A DNA stretch of 32,000 nt from the NCBI GenBank assembly GCA_963699255.1, contig OY969425.1, positions 1,080,001-1,112,000 of the forward strand, read 5' to 3'. Below the pieces are notes generated by a model. That model ran no database searches and had not been told where the DNA came from. It saw only the letters and a list, made by a program, of their open reading frames with translations. Source of the stretch: an uncultured bacterium. Its GTDB lineage: Bacteria > Margulisbacteria > WOR-1 > CAVSGV01. Positions 25,082 to 32,000 of this stretch are shown in pieces (positions within the stretch are counted from its first letter, which is position 1; the number at the start of each line of letters is the position of its first letter). The position numbers and the translations under genes are program-made.

Positions 25082-25231
25082 GGGCGGCTTGGAGCGGCGC
25101 TTGCGTCGCGACAAGCCGCCTTATTCTTAGCTGAAAGCAAGTTCTCTTCCGCCGAAGGGTCGCAAAGCGGGCCGTAGGCGGCATTTTTAGCGTCAGCGCA
25201 GGAAGGATCTCCGCTCTCGGAATACAATAAC
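25047..25231. repeat. IR2-L: left copy of a 185-bp inverted repeat
   Basis: It is the reverse complement of 27568..27752 with 184/185 matches. The single mismatch is at 25206. Confidence 0.95.
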
Positions 25232-25296
25232 ATGCCTTCTATTGCCTCTATCGAATATTATGCCACTTTCCGATGTGCCATTTAATTTTTCCATCA

Positions 25297-25591
25297 TTTC
25301 CAGTATAGCATTTTTTTGCTTTTCTCCTGTAAAGGTCGCTCACGGAGGGACTTCGTATAAAGCACTCTATCCAGAAAAATCCTCATCCTTGCGGATATTT
25401 TCTGGTAAAAGTTCGCTCCCTCCTCCAGTCGCCCGCCTCCGGCGAGGCTCCTTCCGGCCCTCCGCTTCGTTACGCTCTCTCGCCCATATCTCCGCTTAAG
25501 GTAGGCTCGTTCGCTTCACTCGCTTCGGGTGACAGGCGCAAAAAAATGCTCCTCCTTCCTTGTATTCATATTTTTTACAGGAGGTGGTCAT
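25297..25591 (+). ncRNA. Conserved structured non-coding leader (copy 2)
   Basis: It is homologous to 11719..12015. The hairpins are at 25371..25405 (CCAGAAAA...TTTTCTGG) and 25431..25448 (GCCCGCC-tcc-GGCGAGGC). ORF 25242..25499 is not conserved in frame in copy 1. Confidence 0.5.
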
Positions 25592-26116
25592 ATGTCTCGT
25601 ATTGTTGGTATTGTTGGTTCCAGGTCTCTTCCCGCTTCTTTTTCCTCGCTCATTTCCTCGCTTGTGTCCGCGTTAGTTGCTCGTGGTTTCAGGGTGGCCT
25701 CAGGCGGCGCTGTAGGGGCTGATCAGTTTGCTCTTTCAGCCCTCGTTGAGCAGGGTTTGTCTGCATCGGGTGTTGTTTTTTCTGCCTGGGCTTCCGCTTC
25801 CGGTTTTCCTGTTCCGGTCCGGCCTCTTGTTTCCCGTTTTCTTGCTTCCGGTGGTCAGGTTGTTTGGGGTTCCGGTTCGTCGTCTCAGCCTCGTTCAGCG
25901 GTGGTTTCCGCGCTTCTCGGCAGGAACAGCCGTCTTGTTTCAGCCTGTTCGCTTGTCATTGCTTTCATTCACGGCCAGTCCCGGGGAACGCTTTACACCA
26001 TCCGTCAGGCTGTCAGGCGCGGTATTCCTGTTTATGTGTTCCTTTGCAGTGAGGCTTCATTGCCAGCTGATTTGGCTCCTCACTGTTTAGTTATAAATAA
26101 AAGGGAGGTGGTTTAG
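25592..26116 (+). CDS. Minimal DprA-like protein (DNA_processg_A Rossmann core only, 174 aa), with an extremely adenine-poor coding strand
   Basis: RBS AGGAGGTGG precedes ATG 25592. The product contains IVGIVGSRSLP...VASGGAVGADQFALSAL...ALLGRNSRLVSACSLVIAFIHGQSRGTLYTIRQAVRRGIPVYVF. This follows the DprA pattern (GSR ... SG.A.G.D ... RN.... S..V.V.E....SG.L.T...A...G..V...). The SAM and winged-helix domains of full-length DprA are absent. Confidence 0.65.
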   Translation: MSRIVGIVGSRSLPASFSSLISSLVSALVARGFRVASGGAVGADQFALSALVEQGLSASGVVFSAWASASGFPVPVRPLVSRFLASGGQVVWGSGSSSQPRSAVVSALLGRNSRLVSACSLVIAFIHGQSRGTLYTIRQAVRRGIPVYVFLCSEASLPADLAPHCLVINKREVV

Positions 26117-26117
26117 T

Positions 26118-26309
26118 ATGGTTTTCATTCCCATTCATCCGTGCTGTTACTGTGGAAAAACCGAGACAGGATATGCCTGTACGACAGCAGAAAAAGTCGA
26201 GTGTTTTAAATTTCTGAATTATATTCAGAAACTCAACAGAATGAGGGCGCAGAAAGTGCTGATAAAAGAGCTTAAATATTTACTAGAAACAAACAAAGGA
26301 GGTAAATAA
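26118..26309 (+). CDS. Cys-rich 63-aa protein conserved in both elements
   Basis: The product begins MVFIPIHPCCYCGKTETGYACTTAEKVECFKFLNYIQKLNRMRAQKVLIKELKYLL... It is coupled to the DprA-like stop (TAGTATG). Its homologue is 12553..12729. Confidence 0.7.
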   Translation: MVFIPIHPCCYCGKTETGYACTTAEKVECFKFLNYIQKLNRMRAQKVLIKELKYLLETNKGGK

Positions 26310-26311
26310 TC

Positions 26312-27821
<1,510 letters not shown>

Positions 27822-27922
27822 CGGCCCCGACTACGTCGGGGAAATTCCAATCATCAAATCCCAATAACCAAATAAATCCTAAATTTAAAATCTAAACCCC
27901 AAATTTGGATGTTGGAATTTGG

Positions 27923-28099
27923 TTATTTCATCCCTTCGGGGCGGCTTGGCCATTTTGAAGTATCGGAACCATACTTCGCTTTGTTTTCTACCAATTTGGA
28001 CTTGAATGTTTTAATGTTCTCCAAAAGGCCCGAAACCGTCTTCTCGAATTCCTCTACTCTCTTCATAAGCTCTTCAAAAGTCGTTGGTTTTTCCGCCAT
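27923..28099 (-). CDS. Small 58-aa hypothetical protein, helical and charged (not in the ORF track)
   Basis: The product is MAEKPTTFEELMKRVEEFEKTVSGLLENIKTFKSKLVENKAKYGSDTSKWPSRPEGMK. A perfect RBS AGGAGG sits 6 nt upstream of the ATG, directly after the stop of the upstream membrane-protein gene. Confidence 0.6.
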   Translation of the reverse strand: MAEKPTTFEELMKRVEEFEKTVSGLLENIKTFKSKLVENKAKYGSDTSKWPSRPEGMK

Positions 28100-28108
28100 A
28101 TAAACCTC

Positions 28109-28534
28109 CTATTTGCCGGTGACATTCCTGAAACCGCCAGAAGCATTAGAGAATAATGAAGTGACCGAAGAGAATATCTGGGCTACCAATGCCGCGGTGC
28201 GTTCCGGCCCCAACACCCCGGCAATGATACCAATAACCGTGATCAAAATGAACACAATAGTAAGATTGATCATCAGGGCGTTCTGTTTGGATGTGCCTTT
28301 CATCTCATTTATAAGGTTTTTGTGCAGGTCCACGATCAGCTTGTGCGGATCCGAAGCCTTATGTGCTTCATGCTCGGCATGGTCATGGTCGCCAACAAAT
28401 GATAATATAATGAGGAAGAAAAAAATGAACGCAAATACCGCGACCGCGGCGATACCCGCCATGAGAACATTATCCGGCACATTGCTCAAGCTGGGCAGCT
28501 TCCTTAATGTAGATATTATATTTATCACTAACAT
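28109..28534 (-). CDS. Hypothetical membrane protein with two TM segments and a His-rich loop (DHDHAEHEAH)
   Basis: The ORF is 28109..28576 (GTG at 28576). Likelier ATG starts are 28534 or 28462 (MAGIAAVAVFAFIFFFLIILSFV). The start is uncertain. Confidence 0.55.
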   Translation of the reverse strand: MLVINIISTLRKLPSLSNVPDNVLMAGIAAVAVFAFIFFFLIILSFVGDHDHAEHEAHKASDPHKLIVDLHKNLINEMKGTSKQNALMINLTIVFILITVIGIIAGVLGPERTAALVAQIFSSVTSLFSNASGGFRNVTGK

Positions 28535-28699
28535 GCGGATGCAGATTATATCAGAATTTGCGCTTTTTGTGAACACCCTGTAAAATATAATGACAAATAT
28601 TCAATGACCAATGTCAAATGAATGAATGTATAATCATTATTCTTTAACTTGTCATTTGTAATTTGTTCATTGGGAATTATCCCGCGAAAGCGGGATTGC

Positions 28700-28774
28700 G
28701 GGCGGTTAGTTCAGCGGTAGAACGCTTGCTTCACACGCAAGAAGTCAAAGGTTCGATTCCTTTACCGCCCACCA
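28700..28774 (+). tRNA. tRNA-Val (anticodon CAC), CCA encoded
   Basis: The sequence is GGGCGGTTAGTTCAGCGGTAGAACGCTTGCTTCACACGCAAGAAGTCAAAGGTTCGATTCCTTTACCGCCCACCA. Confidence 0.9.
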
Positions 28775-28892
28775 CTCCGCCTTTGGCGGAGAATGACAAA
28801 TGTCCAATGACCAATGTCAAATTAATGTATAATCATTATTCCTTAATTTGTCATTTGTAATTTGTTCATTGGAAATTATCCCGAAGGGATCA

Positions 28893-28964
28893 GGGCGCGT
28901 AGTTCAGCGGTAGAATGCCTCGCTTACACCGAGGAGGTCAGAGGTTCGACACCTCTCGCGCCCA
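28893..28964 (+). tRNA. tRNA-Val (anticodon UAC)
   Basis: The sequence is GGGCGCGTAGTTCAGCGGTAGAATGCCTCGCTTACACCGAGGAGGTCAGAGGTTCGACACCTCTCGCGCCCA. Confidence 0.9.
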
Positions 28965-28972
28965 TTAGTTTT

Positions 28973-29302
28973 ATGAAAAAGAGATTATATAAGTTAGTTG
29001 TTTTCGTTCCTCAAACACATATTGAACAGGTCCGACTGGCCGCCGCGAACGCGGGCGCGGGCGGGATCGGCAAATATGACAGCTGCTTTTTTATGACCTC
29101 AGGCATCGGCACATACAGGCCGCTTAAAGGAGCAAAACCCGCCAAAGGAGAGATTGGAAGGCTTGAGAGGGTCGGCGAGGTCAGGTTGGAGACGATAGTT
29201 CCAAAGAATAAACTTAAGAAAGTGATGGCCGCGATCAAAAAGGTCCACCCTTATGAAAAAGTAGCCTGTGATATTTACGAGCTAGCCGGAATAAACCCTT
29301 AG
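28973..29302 (+). CDS. YqfO/NIF3-family-like small protein (stand-alone PII-like insert domain)
   Basis: The product is MKKRLYKLVVFVPQTHIEQVRLAAANAGAGGIGKYDSCFFMTSGIGTYRPLKGAKPAKGEIGRLERVGEVRLETIVPKNKLKKVMAAIKKVHPYEKVACDIYEL. The longer track ORF (28862) runs across tRNA-Val and is rejected. Confidence 0.7.
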   Translation: MKKRLYKLVVFVPQTHIEQVRLAAANAGAGGIGKYDSCFFMTSGIGTYRPLKGAKPAKGEIGRLERVGEVRLETIVPKNKLKKVMAAIKKVHPYEKVACDIYELAGINP

Positions 29303-30049
29303 CTTCCCCGTCTTAGGATTTTTCCTTACTTCCAATTTCATCTTATATGCGAGCCTCAGATTGTCATTCGTAAGGACCGCATCCGATCTTCCAAAAGCCA
29401 CGACTTCTCCGCCCTTTAGGAGCATGAGCTTCCTGCTGAACCTCGCCGCCAGATTAATATCGTGGAACGTGGCTATGATCACCTTGTCCTCACGCATGCG
29501 CCTGAGCATCCTTAATACTTTAACCTGGAACCTGAAATCAAGATGGGAGGTCGGCTCATCCAGCAGCAGGATCTTTGGTTCCTGCGCGAGAGCGCGAGCT
29601 ATCGCCACCCTCTGGAATTCACCGCCTGACAGACTTGTTACGGGAGTGTCGATCAGGTGCTCCACCTTGAGCTCCTCGGCCGCCTTATCGGCTTCTTTAT
29701 AATCTTTATCCGTTTCGAAAGCGAACCTTCCGATATACGGCGTCCTGCCCAGCAGCACCGTCTCTTCTACCGTGAACCCGGCCGTGGGCACCATCATCTG
29801 GGGAACAAAAGCTATCCGCTTCGCGAGCTCCCTCCTGTTTATTCTTCTTATGTCTTTTCCTCTTACCTTTACCTGACCGTTGGTTATGTTTATCAATCCC
29901 GATATGGCTCTGAGGAGGGTGGTCTTGCCGGACCCGTTAGGCCCGATTATCCCGATAAAATCCCCGACATCAGCGTCAAAATTTACGTTCTTTATCACCA
30001 CATTGTTTTCATAACCTGCATCAAGGGCTTCTACTTTCAGCATTTCCAT
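29282..30049 (-). CDS. ABC importer ATP-binding protein (FecE/BtuD/FhuC-like)
   Basis: It has Walker A GPNGSGKTT, signature LSGGEFQRV and Walker B LLLDEPTSHLD. Confidence 0.9.
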   Translation of the reverse strand: MEMLKVEALDAGYENNVVIKNVNFDADVGDFIGIIGPNGSGKTTLLRAISGLINITNGQVKVRGKDIRRINRRELAKRIAFVPQMMVPTAGFTVEETVLLGRTPYIGRFAFETDKDYKEADKAAEELKVEHLIDTPVTSLSGGEFQRVAIARALAQEPKILLLDEPTSHLDFRFQVKVLRMLRRMREDKVIIATFHDINLAARFSRKLMLLKGGEVVAFGRSDAVLTNDNLRLAYKMKLEVRKNPKTGKLRVYSG

Positions 30050-30870
30050 TATAATCCCAACCTCCTTCTCTGCATTGCGTATATGAACAGCGGACCGCTT
30101 AAAACCATCATGACGATCCCCAGCGGTACTTCCGTCGGGAATATTATCCTTGAGAATATATCGATCAAAATAACAAGCGAAGCAGATGTCAATATTGAAG
30201 CGGGGATCATGTACTTATAATTGAACCCGGTCACAAGCCTGACATAATACGGGATTATCAAGCCCGCAAGGCACAAAAGGCCGCAGGCGTATACGGCAGC
30301 AGCCGACAGGATCAAAGTGACGATGAAAAGAAATACCCTGATCCATCTCACTTCCACTCCCAACGTTTTTGCCGTATATCCGCCGAACAAAAGCGCATTC
30401 AGGTCCTTGTAATAAAACACATAAACCACAAGTCCCGCCAGTATGAACAGGAACGTGATAAATACTTTATACCATGTAGTTCCGGTCAGGCTCCCCAGAA
30501 GCCAGGGGTATAATGAATGCAGGTTCAATCCGAAAGCGATCATGAAAACGGAAACCGCCGCGACAGCGGATGCGGCCAGGTAAAATAATTTAACGGCCAG
30601 ATTATCGATAATTATCACGCCGAATATGCCGAGCATTATGGAGCCGGCCATGGCGAGCAGCGTGCCGGAAAGTATCTCAAGAAAAAGGCGGGGCATCCTT
30701 ATTTGCCAGATCATCAAGGAAACATTTGTGCCGCCAAAAGCAAAGACGGACGTGAAAACTTTCTGGGCGGATATTTTTGTGGAACCTATAAGCAGTGAAA
30801 GGAAAGACAGGATAACGATGACGATCAAAAGATAAACAACAAAAGGCAGCCGGGTCTTTAGTCTGCTCAT
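30049..30870 (-). CDS. FecCD/BtuC-family ABC permease, unusually short at 273 aa
   Basis: It contains IRMPRLFLEILSGTLLAMAGSIM... and a C-terminal PLGIVMMVLSGPLFIYAM, both typical of the family. About 50-60 aa appear to be missing after the second TM region relative to BtuC-like proteins. Confidence 0.75.
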   Translation of the reverse strand: MSRLKTRLPFVVYLLIVIVILSFLSLLIGSTKISAQKVFTSVFAFGGTNVSLMIWQIRMPRLFLEILSGTLLAMAGSIMLGIFGVIIIDNLAVKLFYLAASAVAAVSVFMIAFGLNLHSLYPWLLGSLTGTTWYKVFITFLFILAGLVVYVFYYKDLNALLFGGYTAKTLGVEVRWIRVFLFIVTLILSAAAVYACGLLCLAGLIIPYYVRLVTGFNYKYMIPASILTSASLVILIDIFSRIIFPTEVPLGIVMMVLSGPLFIYAMQRRRLGL

Positions 30871-30884
30871 TTACTCCCCCCGAT

Positions 30885-31787
30885 CTATGGTAGGGACCAT
30901 CCATGTGCAAATGCCGCTATTTCCTCCAGCGCCTGCACAACCCTGGGTCCGGGCCTTGAAAAAACATCTGTCTCTATCGATACCGCCTTCTTGTTCTTCC
31001 CGGCGCTGGTCTTCCTGAAGTCCCTACTATTATATATACCTCTCGGATCGTTTGCAACATTTGTCCCTGTGATTATTACATCCGGATCGGCCTTTGATAT
31101 TTCATCCCTTTTCATCTCGGGGTACATACCTTTTCCCTTGGGAGAGACATCGATGAGGCCGGAAAGCTTAAGCAGGTCATGAAGATATGTGCCATCCGCA
31201 GCGACCGTAAGCGGGCGCTTTTTAACTACGACTACCGCCTTAAGCCTTCTCTCTTTCATTGCCCGCGCCTCGACCCATTCAACGCGGCGTTTCATTTTCT
31301 GAAGAAGGCTGTATGCCGAATGCTCCTTGTTCGTTACGGTCCCTATCACCGAGATCGTATTGTATATGTCGCGAAGGCTGTGAGGGTCCACCGCGAAGAC
31401 CTTTATAGGGCTCGGCTGAGATTCGCCCGATGCCGGCGGAAGCATTGTCCGCCTCAGCTGCGCAATGTCCGATTTTTGAGCCTCCAGGTTTGCCAGGACC
31501 AGGTCCGGCTTAAGTTCAGCGATCTTTCTGATGTCCGCCCTGTCATTGCCGACCTTCTCCGTCTGCTTTGCGTCTTCGGGATAATTGCAATTCTTCGTGA
31601 TCCCGACTATCTTGTCGTTCAGGTTCAAGGCAAAAAGTATTTCTGTAATGGCCGGATCGATAGATATTATCCTGGCCGGAGGCTGCTTTTGTTCCAGTAT
31701 GTCGCCGGACGCGTCCCTGGTCTTTATAGGATAAATGATCCTGTTAAAGCTTATTGCAGAGGCAATACCTGAAGCCAGAAACAACAT
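30885..31787 (-). CDS. Periplasmic substrate-binding protein (BtuF/FhuD-like, Peripla_BP_2)
   Basis: It contains RIISIDPAITEILFALNLNDKIVGIT and PDLVLAN, consistent with the cluster-A binding-protein pattern. The true start may be a non-ATG codon about 27-33 nt upstream (see findings). Confidence 0.8.
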   Translation of the reverse strand: MLFLASGIASAISFNRIIYPIKTRDASGDILEQKQPPARIISIDPAITEILFALNLNDKIVGITKNCNYPEDAKQTEKVGNDRADIRKIAELKPDLVLANLEAQKSDIAQLRRTMLPPASGESQPSPIKVFAVDPHSLRDIYNTISVIGTVTNKEHSAYSLLQKMKRRVEWVEARAMKERRLKAVVVVKKRPLTVAADGTYLHDLLKLSGLIDVSPKGKGMYPEMKRDEISKADPDVIITGTNVANDPRGIYNSRDFRKTSAGKNKKAVSIETDVFSRPGPRVVQALEEIAAFAHGWSLP

Positions 31788-31859
31788 TATAAGAATAATG
31801 GATGCTTTTCTAATTTTAATCTCCCCTTTTAGCCGGACAATGATACATTATGTTATGAT

Positions 31860-32000
31860 TTACTTTATCCCTAGCGACCTTAACATTTCGCTTGTGGCGA
31901 TAATCTTGCGCGGCTTATTGTCATCTTCAAGAGCTGATACTATCCCAGCGGCTTCCATTTCATCCATAAGCCTGGCGGCGCGATTGTACCCGATCCTTAA
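31860..32000 (-). CDS. ftsK: DNA translocase FtsK/SpoIIIE, C-terminal gamma-domain fragment (the gene continues beyond the window)
   Basis: Reverse translation gives LRIGYNRAARLMDEMEAAGIVSALEDDNKPRKIIATSEMLRSLGIK*. The RIGYNRAARL(I/M)D.(M/L)E..GIV motif is characteristic of the FtsK gamma winged helix. Confidence 0.75.
   Translation of the reverse strand, partial: LRIGYNRAARLMDEMEAAGIVSALEDDNKPRKIIATSEMLRSLGIK

Noticed and set aside
24973-25233. ORFs inside or across the inverted repeats and tRNAs (24973..25233, 24995..25177, 24928..25134, 14716..15006, 14774..14956, 16581..16883, 27622..27864, 27615..27815)
   Set aside because: They are mirror images of the recombinase C-terminal tails, or antisense readings of tRNA trailers created by the inverted repeats. 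They have no RBS and no independent conservation.
25242-25499. An 85-aa ORF within the conserved leader of element copy 2, and a 58-aa reverse-strand ORF in the copy-1 leader
   Set aside because: Neither frame is preserved in the other copy, because indels shift conserved nucleotide blocks between frames. The conservation is at nucleotide and structure level.
28663-28972. ORFs 28663..28860 and the N-terminal extension of 28862..29302, containing peptides such as SSAVERLLHTQEVKGSIP
   Set aside because: They are translations straight through the two tRNA-Val genes. The real CDS starts at ATG 28973.

Overview
This 32-kb window comes from an unidentified, probably uncultivated diderm bacterium. 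It contains no rRNA genes and no CRISPR array.

Layout:
(i) 1-11.66 kb, + strand: a cell-surface cluster. It holds a 5'-truncated adhesin-like protein of more than 2,040 aa (FlgD-Ig and BNR motifs, T9SS-CTD-like tail), a translationally coupled PorV/PorQ-like beta-barrel, an NHL-repeat propeller and a roughly 1,100-aa predicted outer-membrane protein.
(ii) 11.7-16.8 kb: mobile-element copy 1, next to tRNA-Glu. It carries a conserved structured leader, a frameshifted adenine-depleted minimal DprA-like gene, a Cys-rich micro-ORF, two cargo ORFs, a 1.3-kb ORF-poor GC-rich spacer, an Xre HTH gene and a large serine recombinase bracketed by a perfect 153-bp inverted repeat.
(iii) 17.0-20.8 kb: housekeeping genes. 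These are an ABC-2 exporter pair, a TPP riboswitch with a PurM/AIR-synthase-like gene, and a LysM protein.
(iv) 20.9-25.0 kb: tRNA-Pro, followed by an AT-rich three-gene operon (HTH-GHKL ATPase, multi-HTH protein, trypsin-like protease). The operon is bracketed by inverted copies of a promoter plus microhelix module.
(v) 25.0-27.8 kb: mobile-element copy 2, which is compact and intact, inside a 185-bp inverted repeat that abuts tRNA-Met.
(vi) 27.9-32.0 kb: a small membrane operon, two tRNA-Val genes with duplicated leaders, a YqfO/NIF3-like gene, a BtuCDF/Fec-type ABC importer and the 3' end of ftsK.

The most unusual content is the pair of DprA-like plus serine-recombinase elements. They show long tRNA-trailer inverted repeats, promoter-driven tRNA-gene mimics, and extreme A-depletion of the DprA-like gene. 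The GHKL / multi-HTH / protease operon is the second item of interest. All calls are made by eye from sequence motifs; no database search was possible.
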